From contig NC_087436.1 in assembly GCF_036321535.1 (NCBI RefSeq), positions 28,584,001 through 28,648,000 on the forward strand: a stretch of DNA of 64,000 bases, written 5' to 3'. Under the pieces are notes generated by a model. The model was not told where the DNA came from, did not search any database, and saw only the letters and a list, made by a program, of their open reading frames with translations. This document shows positions 51,150 through 64,000 of the stretch, one piece after another. The DNA comes from Camelus dromedarius. Its lineage: Eukaryota. The position numbers and the translations under genes are program-made. Positions within the stretch are counted from its first letter, which is position 1. Each line of letters begins with the position of its first letter.

Positions 51150-51470
51150 CATTGAAATGAAACCATAGATTCAACAAATACAATTTTTAAAATCAGAGAG
51201 GAAAGATAAATTACCTACAAAGACATGATTTCAAGATATTATTTCTCATTAACAAATATAGATACAAGAAAACATGCAGTGATAGTTCCAGAATGCTGAA
51301 AAAACTCTCGATTTAGAATTGTACGTCTAAATTAGCCATAATCTATGGATAAAATCACATATAGCTAAATTATCAATATTAAAAACATCAGAGTTTACCA
51401 CTCACAGAACATGACTAAAATAACTATCTAAGCTTACTCTTTCCAACGAAAAATAAACTCAAATTAAAAA
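51150..51470 (+). mobile_element. Old L1/HAL1 ORF1 C-terminal fragment
   Basis: 'cagagaggaaagataaattacctacaaag...atttctca...tttagaatt'. Confidence 0.55.
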
Positions 51471-54400
51471 CTCACGGCTTTCAGCTAGAGGACTTCAATC
51501 CTTCATCAAATCTGCTACCAATGAAGAAACTAGAGTGATTTTACTGGGAAAAAAAAAAAAAGCACACTCATTATAAAAGATGTGAGAGATTTGAGAATTC
51601 ATCAGTATCTCCATTTGCCTAACAAGTATAGCAGATGTGATTTTATGGTAAGCATACACATCTTCTAAGAGTTTGAAGACCTTACAAGAAGTGAAAGTTT
51701 CTATGTCCAGAAGCAGAACAAGGACTGATAAACACAGATCTTAAAACTTTTTCTTGTCTCACGCTGTTATTTGTTAAGAAAAATATTGTATCTTATTACT
51801 CACTAAGTGGAAGTGGTCCTATGATGAATATAACTCTCTGAAAATATTTAAAATAAGTTTGATTCTGCTGTATTATTTCAAATACATATGTGACAACTAA
51901 ATGACACAATTATGTTAAGAACAAAAAAAAGGTTGCCCAAATTTTGGCTAATGTATTACTGACTCAGGGCAGACAAAATCATAGTTGCTTTACTAATTTC
52001 AAGCTGTTTTTTAAATCAATTTGAAATGGTTTGCCTAAATGCGAACAGCCTGGGTGAAATGCAATGCATAGAAACGTACAGCACGCACTATAGCACATGC
52101 GGTGCACAAAAACAATACTTCTTCACAACAAGGAAAAAATTGTTAATTCTACATCAAAATGGTGTCAGTAAGAAATACATGTTTGTTAACTATGCTTTAG
52201 ATAGGAATTGTAACTGAAGTGTTTTCCAGTGGGTAGGAGCCATGGTCTGACTTTTCTAGGCACTTAACGGTAGACTGGAGTAAAATACACTCCTGCAAAG
52301 GTTATAATGGGAAACCAGAAGTGACAATAGAACGTCATTCATCTCACTGTTTTCTTACTAAGCAATAAAAGTCTGTAAAGGATATGTGGCCACAACAGAC
52401 ACGTGCATGCTGATGGTTATTCTCACACAGACTGAAGGATTTCATCTACATTAAATTTGAATTTGTTGTAAAAGCCAATCTTTGGTTTCATTTCTCATGG
52501 TTAATCTGGAGTGGATCAATCATATGTTTTAGGATCAATATCATTAATAAAAGAAAAGGATATACACTTACGTTTCATGTGTTATGCAAGATTAGAAACT
52601 ATTGCAAATAGAAATAGGAAAAACTAAGGAAACTATAGATAATCATTGAAATATATATTATTTTAGGTGACATTACTAATCATGATGAACTACTAGAACT
52701 ATAACCAGAATTAGCAAAATATAATAATTTCAAATCAGTAAGGTAACTATCTCAATTTTGTTGATAAGTCAAAATGTTTCATTGTGTGCTCTGTTTTAAA
52801 TGATTGTTTTAGTTTAGCACATTTGAAAAAGAAGCATAAAATTGTAAAATTTCCTGAAATGCCTTCAAAAACTCTTAGAACGATTTATAAATTGTGGAGT
52901 TTGAGATTGGTCCATTTTCACCTTGAAGCATTCATAAAGTTAATTCATTTTTATTTTCTGGAGATTGTTTTGACCTAGAAAATTTCACTTGCTTGCCTTT
53001 TTGAAATCCACTTTAATATTTGAATTAAATGTACCAGATTTTCCCTCAAAACCTTACTAACACATTTATTTAAAATATAGATATATTAGATCATCTTCCC
53101 ACTGTCATTTCATTTAAACGAGAGTAATCCATATGATACGTTTTAGCTGCATGTCAACTGAAAAATCTTGAGACAATTTTCTCTCCAATATTGCCTGCAG
53201 ATGTTTCTTCAGTCTTTTCATTAAGGTTTTTTTTTTTTTTCTGTTTCTCTCTCTCTTCCCTTTATTTTTTACTCCATTTTCAAAATACTTTTCTATGAAA
53301 CGATTTGGTTTCTGTGCAATGTATCTGGTGTAAGCTATACCATGCAGTGCCTTCAGCAAAATTTCTTCCTGAGTCCTTTGAACAAGTGGCAGAGATGGTA
53401 ACAGGAACTTTATTGTTTACTCTTCCTTTTCTGCTACTGAAGATTTGGGGAAAACATCATGCATAAAACATTTTGTCTGACCACCCTCACTATGCCCCTT
53501 GGTATATTTTAAGGACTTATTCTCAAAACCTCCATATGGCCTGAAGTTTTGCTAGCACGTCTAAATAAAGGCTTGGAAGTTCTTTGCTGTGTGCCCCCTG
53601 TCTCCAAGACAAAATTTGTGGATAGCTCTTAAAAGTCAATTTTAAAACTCTAGCCCTTGGTAAAAAACTAAATTAAAAACAGCTTGAGAAGAGTTGAACA
53701 TGACAAAATAATAGTTCAAGGAGATTTAGAGATACTGTCAGAAGTTATGCTGAAGTTAGAAAAAACAATTTAAAGGTTATCCCAAGGAACTTGCAGTTCT
53801 TAGTTTAATGCTAATGAACCAAGAAGTATTAGGCTAAGAGAGTTAATCCGTATTCAGAGCATTCAAATAAATTAAATGAAAAATGTGCAGATCTAATGCA
53901 ACTTGCAAATGCTGGTTTCAATAATTGTCACATCAGCTGAGTATTTACCTAACCAGCCCGGCTAAATTTACCTTTCTCACTAATATTGCTTTTTTTCTTT
54001 TGTCACATCATTTTAGTGGCATTTTAGTCAAACTGAGGATTTCCCCCTGAATTATTTGAGAAAGAAGACTATTCATAGAGGGATTTATTAGGTGGGAGAA
54101 ACTACTGTGGGATTATTTTAAAATACATTCTTCCTTTGTCAAGACCCATTCCTTTGAAGTGCTTATGAATGTTAGTTCTTTATTTCTTCTTCTTTCTGGA
54201 ATTTTTTTCAAAAATCTGTATTTGCAGAGTATTTTTAAAAACATCACTAGTCTGTAACAATGTTATGTAGTCTTTAATGAAAATGCTTTCCACAGTATTT
54301 TCTTTTATGCATTTCACTCTAGTCTCCCTACCAGTTTTCTACATAGCCTCTCTTCTTCACTTTCAATATCATCAATCTTTGGGGTTTTTTTTCAAATTAA

Positions 54401-55877
54401 ATAATAGTGAAGTGATATATCCAAACATTGGAATATGGAGTAATGCCTCTCAACATTTTTCCGATGTTTCACTCAAAAAATATCTGTTCCAACACATGAG
54501 TAAGAGCATGAGATTTCTTGTAATATGAAGCAACCAGCCCAGCGTTCTGGTAAGCCCAGACCCTCCAAGCCACTCAGAAAGACAAAGGCAGCCATGTGTT
54601 GTCACAAATGTAATCCACTTGGAGCACGCTGAGTGAAATGTGAAAACGAGCTTTCATAGTGCTTTCTGAAGTAGCTTAAATTCGTACTTTGACTTGAGGT
54701 TTCTTAAGCGTTCTATGCATATTGCTTTGCTTGCTTTCATAACCGAGAAAAAAAAATCATTCAGTTTGTCACTGTTTGATTCATTTACAGCATTCACAAT
54801 GTTTTTATCAAAGAGTTAACATTCATTTTATAATCCTCTACATGGTATGTTTCAGTGAAGACTTCTCAGAGAGGTTCTTAATGTTAAAGAAGTTTCACAG
54901 GGAATATAGGGGAAAATAAATATGAAAAAGGAAGTCATTTTAGGATTAGGGATAAGTGTGAAAAAGGGACCGAGCCTACTTATAGGACTAAAAAATAATT
55001 TTCAATTTAAAAGTTATAATGAACACTCATTTTTTTAATAAAAGTGACCTTTTTAAAAAATGAAGAGGCATTCCTTCTCTTTTAGCAAGAATCTTGCATT
55101 AGTAATTGTCAAGCTGCAATTAGAAGAAGAGCAAGCTTTCAATTCTTATAACTTTTCTCTAAAATGTTGGCACATGAAAAGAAGTGCCCTGGACAGATGG
55201 GAAATTAGCATGTCATAAAAATCTGTAATAGATTGGCTGTTGCTGTCAATCTTGTGAAAGTAATTACATCACGATGACTTGTCCTGAAAATTACTATGGA
55301 CTTACAAAGGAAATAATATGCATATAAGGCAAACAATGAAACAAATAAATATCACTTCCTTTCAATATAATTTTCTAATCTCTTTTAAATTGTTGGTTAG
55401 GATGGAGACTTTGAAATTATTTTTACATGATAGCATCATTAAAAATAATGCAAAAACATTACTTTTTAAGAGAGAGGTGTATACACAACAAAGTGGAGAG
55501 TGTTCAACCACCACCCTACTCAAGGCTCAGTCTTCTGATGATACCCCAGGGGCCAGAATGCAGAGGTTTTCCCCTTTTACATCATTTCCCTGAAATGTGT
55601 CCAGTGTCCTGGGTCATTGAAACAAGAATGGCCTATAGAAAGTTTGTTTGCTGAGGCAACAAATTGTGGGGTCAAAAATAGGCATTAGAACTCCTAGAAC
55701 AATTAGTGGGTGGCATGTTTGCTGCCTATAAATAAGAAAATCCTTATTAGCTTGCAAAGAGAAGGCAGCTCAATTATCTGGTTAGCGGAGGTGAAAAGAG
55801 CAAAGACCTTGGTGAGCTCTTCCTTCTGCCCCTTCTCTCACATTAATGAGGCCCCTCTTTCCTCATTTCCTCTAACC

Positions 55878-56060
55878 CAGGGTTTGTCAACCTCGGCACC
55901 ATTAACATCTTGAACTGGATAATTCTACATGGTGGAAACCATCATGGGCACATTAGGATGCAGCAGATATGGTCTCTACCCATTAGATGCCAGTAGTAGC
56001 CCTCTGCCCTCAGTTATGGCAACCAAAAATGGCTCCAGCTATTCCAAGTGTCCCCTGACA
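55878..56060 (+). mobile_element. MER20 (hAT-Charlie)
   Basis: 'cagggtttgtcaacctcggcacc...ctctacccattagatgccagtag...caaccaaaaatg'. Confidence 0.85.
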
Positions 56061-57865
56061 GAGGGGATTTCAGACGGTGTTTGATATTCACTGTCCAACT
56101 CAGGTAACTTTTTCTAGCTGCATGAAATATGATTTCATCTTTTATCTCTACTATACTGGCCTCACAGAAACAATAGTTCCCTTGAAGAAATGAGTGACTT
56201 AGGTATTGCTGACTCTAGCCGCATGGAGTTGGATGGAAGATAGAGCTGTGGGAATTCAAGTGAAAAAGTGCAATTAAAAAAAAAGAGAGTAACGATACTT
56301 CAAATGTTTCTTCCCTAACTTCATGCTCGCATATATAAAAGGATATGTTTCATATATTCTCAAATGAATGACTCCACCCAGTGAACTACAAAGATAGATT
56401 TGTTTTTCAAAATTTGTTTTGATATAACCTGAATTTTGAAAAACGTGACCTTTTTAGTAATGTGAACACTTTGTATAGTTCAAAAATAAAACCATAAGAA
56501 GTACAGATGTGTTTAATCTGGTTCAGACTAACCAATTAGTAATGTCTTCAAAATACTATGGGGTTGAACATAATCAAAATTTATAGATAATATATGTATA
56601 TTTGTATATCTGTGTATATATAATTTTTAAACATGCCACTCTGTTTTTTACATTAATGGCACCAGTAAAATCACTAAGATGGGCAAATTCTGTTTTCTTC
56701 TGTGTAAAACCACTGCAGATACATCTGATATCAGGTCATCTGGTAAAGCAGATGTGGCAGGATGATGTTATCTGAGTCTGTGCATCACCTTCTTCGCCGG
56801 CATTATTAACCTTTTATACCATCCGCTTACACCAATACATATCCCATCTTCCACCCTGCATCCCCTGTAGATACCTCTGTCAACTACGTGCTTCCAAGTC
56901 TATTCTGTATGGTTAAAGTCTTATTCATGTGCCATTAAGTATACAACAGTGTATTTTATGTAAGATGGTCCTAGATGCTGAAAACATCTTCAATATTTTT
57001 TAAAATGTGAAGTAAATGGACTCGTATAACAGATTTTTAATAAGGAATTTTTAATTTATTATCCAAATACTTAACTTTTGGCAAAATTAATTAAGATAAA
57101 TGACATATTCTGCAATAATTATAATTGAAAGTGTACATTAATATTCATGTATATGTGCTGTGGGAATAATGTTTTGTTTAAAAGGAAATGTTTTAAACAG
57201 TTTATAATAAATATGCCCTTTTTTGTTATCTTTAAAACACGTTGTCTCCTCAGAAATATAAGAAACATTATAAAATCATTATGATCACTGCAAGGAAATT
57301 CCCACTTCTTAGTTAAGCTTGAGCTCCCATCTGTCCCTTTCCAGCCTCGCAGAGAGTGTTGATGGAGTGAAGGACTGCACTCCTCACTCATTTTCACATT
57401 TCACATTTTCATATTATCCCCCTGCCATTTGAAACACTCTATCTTGGGCTCTCAGGACCTCCTCTTCTCTTCATGTTTTCAAAGGCATATTTACAGGGTT
57501 TTTTTTTTTTTTCTTTACTACTGAACATATGGGAAAGGTTTTAGTTTGATTTTTTTCTACACACTCAATATTAACTTTTGAAACTTGGGTTTTTGCATTT
57601 TTTTTCTTCATGAATAGCATAGTTGGTTTGTTTGGATTAGTGATAATTTAAAAAGAAAACAAAGCTAACCCATGACATCTGAAGATTACTTTTCAGGAAA
57701 TATTTGAGTTAGAAAGTCAAAAAAATACAAGTTCTGATATTTCTGATTTCATTTACCCATTCATTCATTTATTGTCAAAAATTTACTGAGTATATTATGA
57801 TTTCTAGGAGTCAATAATTATACTAGAAACTCAAGGTATAGTGTCTCCACCCTAAAGTAGTTTAA

Positions 57866-57992
57866 ATATATATATATGCATATGTATTTAATAATACAAT
57901 GAATGTTAGACAAAGGAATAACTATATGTACACATAGATACATATATACACATATATTATATGTATATTTATTATGTATATATACATATATT
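57866..57992. repeat. (TA)n-rich low-complexity tract
   Basis: atatatatatgcatatg...tatatacacatatattatatg. Confidence 0.7.
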
Positions 57993-58925
57993 TATTCCTT
58001 TCTCTAATATTCATTAAACATATGCAATACACAAGGTATAATTTGGTTTATGAACAATAAGCTTCCCTGAAGTTATTTGAGAGACATTTTAGAATGTCCT
58101 AAAAGGATAGATAGAAACTTTTAAAACGCTTTAAAACTGACCTTGTTAATTTTTTTGGAATTTGTTCACAAAAATATGTTCTTTATAAAGTGCATGAAAA
58201 TAAGGCTGTCACTGGCCAGGTGATTTGTGTTCAAAGTGTCATTCCTGACTTCCTGGTAGAGAAGGCAGAGCAATATTAGACAGACATTTTTCTAAGTAGA
58301 TTAGAATGATCACAGTTGACCCCTTCTCCCTGTCAAGAAAGGATCAAGTAAACTATTAAAGATAAAATCCATACTTTATGTAAGTTCAGATAATTATATA
58401 ACTATTATGTATAGTATTCTATGTGTATCAGTAGATGTGCACAGGCAACAGTCACCATCTCAGATTCATGAAAGAAACATAAAACTTTCTAATAGTTCCA
58501 CTGCTTCACTGCAAAATTACTTAAATGTGCTTCCAGTTAAATTGCAATTTTATACAAAAGCCTGATTTCCATATTCTGTTTGATTTCCAGACATTTAAAT
58601 TAGTAGAATGGGTCAAGCTAAGAGCATATTTGCAGTTTTCCTTTGAAGAAAATTATGTTCAACTATGAACATATTTAAGTAATGTAGTAAAGGAGTGTAA
58701 CTGCCTTCACTTTGTGAGACTCAGCTAATTAAGGCAATCACGAAGGTCACCAACACAGATTTCAAGTTCACGTGAAAATACAGACATGCAGTTCACCGTT
58801 TCTTTAGAGACATGAAATGTAAACCTACAAAATCTCTGCAGTCAGTAATACATAATAGACACTTCTGAAAAAGCCGCTTTCAGGAAAATACCATCACATT
58901 GTTGTTTCCTTGACTATATAAGTCT

Positions 58926-59437
58926 TGTGATGGTTAATTTTATGGATCAGCTTGGCTGGGCCATGGGGTGCCCAGCTATTTGGATGACATTATCTCTGAG
59001 TGTGTTTGTGAAGGTGTTTCCAGACAAGATTAACATTTGAATTGAAGGCCTGAATAGAACAAAGGCTGAGTAAGGGAGAATTCTCTCTCTTTGTCTGATG
59101 TCTTTGAGCTGGAACATTGTTGGTCTTCTCCTGCCTTTGGATTTGGCCTTAGACTGGAACTTACATCATCAGTCCTCCTGGTCCTCAGACCTTTGGACTC
59201 CATCTTGGATTTTCAACCTCCATAATCATATGAGCTAATTCCTTATAGTAAATCTTTCCTTTCTTTTCTTTTCTTTTTTCTTTTCTTTTCTTTTGTTTTC
59301 TTTTCTTTTCTTTTCTTCTTTCTTTTTCTTTTCTGTTCTCTTTTCTTTTCTTTTCTTTTCTTTTGTCTTTCTCCCCACCTCTCTCTGTATGTCTCCTGTG
59401 AGTTCTGTTTCTTGAAAGAACCCAGACTAATAATACA
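58926..59437 (+). mobile_element. MLT2-family (ERVL) solo LTR with internal (TTTTC)n expansion
   Basis: TGTGATGGTTAATTTTATG...GACTAATAATACA; 5-bp TSD AGTCT/AGGCT. Confidence 0.92.
59254..59370. repeat. (TTTTC)n pentanucleotide microsatellite
   Basis: About 115 bp of TTTTC repeats inside MLT2. Confidence 0.95.
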
Positions 59438-59789
59438 AGGCTCATCCTATAGACTTCCCAATGGAAAGAGCATATTCACATTTGCTAAAGTCATACCATC
59501 ATACAGCCAAATTTCAAAATATTCAAACTACTAAAGATAATGGCAGTTCTTGGTTCAGCGGTTAATAAAATGAATTATCTCTGTTTCATTGAAGATAAAA
59601 CAATAATTGTGCTTTGAATTACATTTTTTAAAAGTATTCATAAAATAGTATAAACATAGCAGATATATCTGTTTTGTAGAATTTCTTGTCTTTCATTTAG
59701 GTTCAACAGAGAGAAAATATTTTTCTGTATCACACACTGACCTCTAAGTAGTGCACATACTCAGTTACCAATCCTTCCTGTCAACTTTA

Positions 59790-60355
59790 CATACAGAACC
59801 ACAGCTTTCTTCTTGTGCTCACTCAACTCACACATTTCAGGTGACTCAGGGAAAGCTGAAGCCAGCCCCAGTATTTTTCTAGGTCCTAATTAGTGTGAGT
59901 CAGTCTTGATGATCTGAAACTTTCCATGAGTTTGTATTTGATTCAGGAACATAGGAGTAATCCCATTCATGCCTGGCATCAAACCAATCGATATATGGGT
60001 TAAGTGTAAGTAGATAACCTGAAATAGTCATAAAATTCAAGAAGAAAAATGCTTTTCATTGTTAGGCATAGGTTGTTCCCTCACTCCGTACGGATGTGAG
60101 CAAAAACCTATCTTGCCTCAGTACTTTCTTCTGCTGCCTTCATGAACCTTGAGGGCAACCATCCCAGGACTGAAGATCATCCAGAGGCAGGCAGTTAAGA
60201 GAACCATGCACAAATGGAGTCATAGACCCACATGCTCTATACCTGGAGTTCACAATGTTTCTGTACTTTCTGATATGTGAAATAATCTATTTTCTTTAAT
60301 TTTAGTCTAGTTTTATTCTGAAATTCAGTTTCTGGCACTTGAAAAATATTCTGAC
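59790..60355 (+). mobile_element. Degraded ERVL/MaLR LTR (LTR16/MLT1-like)
   Basis: 3' end 'tgatatgtgaaataat...tagttttattctgaaattcagtttctggcacttgaaaaatattctgaca'. Confidence 0.45.
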
Positions 60356-62734
60356 AGGGATGGGTTCTGATATTGTTACTATTATCCCAACAATACGGAG
60401 AATGTGGCTAGCAAGGTGATTCAGTTCTTTATCAGAATGGGTGAAGAAGCAATAGCCACACTTCCAAGGCCCTTCCCAGTATCACAAGCTTCTAAATAAC
60501 TTTAGGCTGGATATGGATGTGTCTTTGTCATAAATGTATAGTTGTTATCAAGAAAAGCATGTACATTTCATAGAATTGTGCAGCTGGAAGGGAAACTAGG
60601 GAACGTAAAATCTAACCTCTCCTCTGCTAGGAAAGTGAACATGTCTTCTTGTCATTAAAAATAAAGAAATGAGACATGTTTTCAAGATGAATTTAGAATG
60701 TTCATTTTCTCCTGATGAATTGAAACCTTTGTCAATGGCCCTCTTTAAATCTGCCACTGTTACTTTTGCTTTAAAGTGTAGTTCAAGACTGTAATGCAGC
60801 CACAAAAGGTTTCTTTTCAATTATCTCTTCCTGATACAGTTTTTTTAAGTTCTTGTATCTGATAATATCATATTTGAATACCTCAAAGTTTAATTCTGCT
60901 GCTACCAGTTCCTAATGTCTCCAAGCATGCCTTGCTACTGGTTTTGTTTTCATATTTTTTCTTTTATTTATTTCTTGCAAGCTGATATTTAACTGATCTA
61001 AATGTTTAAAAATTATGAGGGCTAATTCTTCTAGAAAGAATTTTTATTTACATCTTCTGGGTGCACATGGGTACTACCAACTTGAGTACACTTTATTTTG
61101 CTCTCTAACCTTTAGATTTCCTATACCATGCATGTATCTCAAACTTTCGGGATAGCAAGACTATAAGATCCACGTTTGGGTGAACATTTCCTCCTTCCTT
61201 CCTTTCTTTTTCAAATTTTGTCCAGCTCCAGTAGAAGTCCAGATAGAGGAATTCCTTTCTCGTCACTCAACCTCAATTAATTTTTTTTCCCCCTTGGCCC
61301 ATCATATCACTGAGCAAGCTGGGTTTTTGAGAAACCTGGCTTTATATAATCATATCGGTTCCAACACTGCCATCTGAGTGAGTGCAAGGCCTCCTCTTCC
61401 CCTACAGAGCCATTAATACCAGTGTCTTTAATGAAGTACCAGGATTACTTCTTGCTTTCTCCCCTGGATATCTTCATTCTTCTACATTAATCCTTTAAAA
61501 CTTTAATGTTAAATTTAATTGAATTATCATCTGTCTCCTTAGTTCTCACTTGATCCTTATAATTCAGGCAGCCCAGGTGATGAACCAGAGCATGGTCTCC
61601 TTAATCACACTTTCCTCTTTCCTGCTCATTCTGTTTCTTCTGCACCTATTTTCCTTCTGCAGTGTTGAAACTTGGAAGGAGGATAGAGGTATTTGGTGCA
61701 CGTTTTTAGTAATTGATAGCAAACATCTTCAAGAAATGTCTTTGATTTTGCAGTCAAAGTATAAGGTGAAGTATTGGAAAAATGCATTCAGCCAGCTTTA
61801 ATAAAATGCATGCTTCCCAGGTATAGCACATACTGTAGTGCTCTAAGACAGTGGGCAGTAAAGTTCTTACAGTATTGTATGTAAAAATCAGTGTGTTTAT
61901 TGCAGTAATGTGAAGAAGATAAACAAAACTAGAGCAAGGATCAAGTTTCATATGTTCAAATGTTTCTAGGTAGTTAAAAATCTTAAACTCAAATCAATGA
62001 ACTTTTCACTCTCAATTTCCTTTCCTATTGAAAAGAAAATTTAGATCAAATTATCACTAATGCTCTATCAATATAGAATTATAATATTTGTTACCATAAA
62101 TTACCTTTATTTATAGTGAAAGACATCCTTCATATTTTATAAAATATGAAAAATAAGGTCTGAACCTTTTCAATAACCAACTTAATTTAAAGAGCTAGCA
62201 GACATAAGTATGTAATAAAGATACATGAAATGATCTTTTAAGTATGTTTTTCCCTCTAGTGTAGATAATTGAAAATACTATATGCTTAGCAATCAAGAAG
62301 GAACTAAATGTTATCAATATATTAAATCGGTTATATTGCCTAGATTCTGAAGTTCAATTATAATGAAAAGAATATTTTGGGCAATCCAAATTGACTTAAT
62401 GGAAACAAATTACACCCCCCACACACCCGTACAAATAATCTTAAAGTCTTGCTATTTTTTGAATTAGCAGGATTGATTCTTCTTTTAATATTAAAATACT
62501 CATTAAATAAATACATCCATTTAAAAATTTATTAAAATTACAAGTGAAAGAGGGGTACAGTTATGACACTAAGAAATAATTTCAAATGTTTTAACTATCT
62601 GAAACTAGGTGAGAGCTTTTGGTATGTACGTATCAAGCATTCTTAATGTTTCTAATATAATTGCCAGTTTTAAGGATATAGCAAATTGAATGCCAAATAC
62701 CTTATTCTGTCAATTTTTTGTTAAAAAAATGTTA

Positions 62735-63084
62735 GAACCTGATTTCACTGGGTTTAAGTCAAAGTGTCAACAGGATCGAGGACAAAACCACTTTCTTGTC
62801 CTTTCCAGCTTCTGGGGACCATCCAGGTTCATTGGCTCATGGTCTCCTGTTTACCAAGCAGCGATGGTCTGTTGAGTCTTCCTCACACACATTCCTCTCT
62901 CTCTTACATCTCTCTTGCTCTCACAAGAACCCTTAGGATTATACAGAGCCTACCCAGATAATCCAAGATGATCTTCCCATATCAAGATCCTTTTCAAAGC
63001 ACCCTTTGATCAATAAAGTAGACACATTCACAGATTCTGGGAATTAGGAGGACATCTTGGGGTGGAGCATTTTTCTGCTACCAA
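62735..63084 (-). mobile_element. MLT1 (MaLR) LTR
   Basis: 'cctttccagcttctgg...ccagataatccaagatgatcttccc...cacattcacagattctgggaattagg'. Confidence 0.85.
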
Positions 63085-64000
63085 TCTCTGCACTGGAAAT
63101 CACCAACATTTTGTTTTCACCAGCTCCCTCAATTGCATAAAGGAATCCGCATCCCCAGTCCTAGTCATTCTCCCTTATTGGCTCTGTGCATAGTGTGCTA
63201 TCTGAAATCTACCCCCGTTTTTATAAACTAACTTACTCCAACCTTATAAATACTCCTATGAATTTAGGGTTTAGAAAGCAAACACCAAAACTTACAGACA
63301 GCTTGTGGGGTTTCCTTCTGTCTCATATCTTTCCCTTGAAAATGAATGATGAAAGGAAATTCAGGGAAAATAACAAAGAAGATAAAAAACATTAATATGA
63401 GGTTAATATCTCAAAATATCATAGAATCAAATATGCTAATATTTAGAAAACCTAGAAAATGCTTACCTTAGGAAATAAATAAAATTATATAACACCAACA
63501 CATTAAAAAATAATAAAATCTATAAGGATTATTTTTAACATCAATTAACGGTAAAAAGATGTTCTCATTAGTTAAAGTAGAGCACTTCACACAGTGCAGA
63601 TAATGAATACGGGTAATCAAGTCCCTTAAATAAATTTACTTTATTACACAAATTATGCACCTCAATTATTAATTTGGCCTGTTGTCTTTAGATAATCATT
63701 CAATTCTCATGTGTGCAATTTTCCTCAGTTAGAACATGTGATGAATATGATAGAGGTGGAATTTTCTAAATGTTGGTATATTGAAATCTATACCCCAGTG
63801 CTAATTCTTTTTTTTTTTTTTTTTTGGTACATTGTACTGTTTCATGCCTTTTTTGAAGGATAAATTGTTTCAATTGCCTGCAATCACCAATCCTTGTTAA
63901 GGAGACTCGTTCCTAGAACTGAGCCCAGTGCTAGCACAAACTTAAGTAGTCTCCAAAGCTGTTTTTATTAAGTAATTTAAAGATCTATTGAAATAGTATA

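Noticed and set aside
59185..59445. Lys/Arg/Glu-rich ORF
   Set aside because: Translation of the (GAAAA)n microsatellite.
1..64000. Prokaryotic system (CRISPR, operon, defence island)
   Set aside because: The sequence is mammalian and repeat-rich, with no repeat-spacer arrays or long ORFs.

Overview
AT-rich mammalian (eutherian) genomic DNA, most likely camelid, because it carries a tRNA-Ala-derived Vic-1-type SINE with target-site duplications. It is not prokaryotic: I found no operons, CRISPR arrays or long ORFs, and most ORFs in the track are spurious or repeat-derived. The window is intronic/intergenic and dense in repeats: Tigger1/2/5, MER46C, MER58A, MER20, MIR, L2, old and young L1, and ERVL/MaLR/ERV1 LTRs. 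It also holds the probable 3' end of an unidentified minus-strand spliced gene, with candidate exons at about 43.4, 42.1-42.3 and 26.1-26.5 kb. The most notable items are: (1) a young, CpG-rich 429-bp solo LTR with three 26-bp NRF1-like repeats inserted into Tigger1; (2) the alternative terminal-exon arrangement of the unidentified gene; (3) a twin-primed (5'-inverted) L1 with 16-bp TSDs; (4) a degenerate 28S rRNA retrocopy covering the sarcin-ricin loop; (5) a tail-less L1 ORF2 fragment flanked by 8-bp direct repeats. Repeat family names come from my recall of consensus sequences, not from a database search, and boundaries of old repeats are approximate. I cannot support a claim of a novel multi-gene system.
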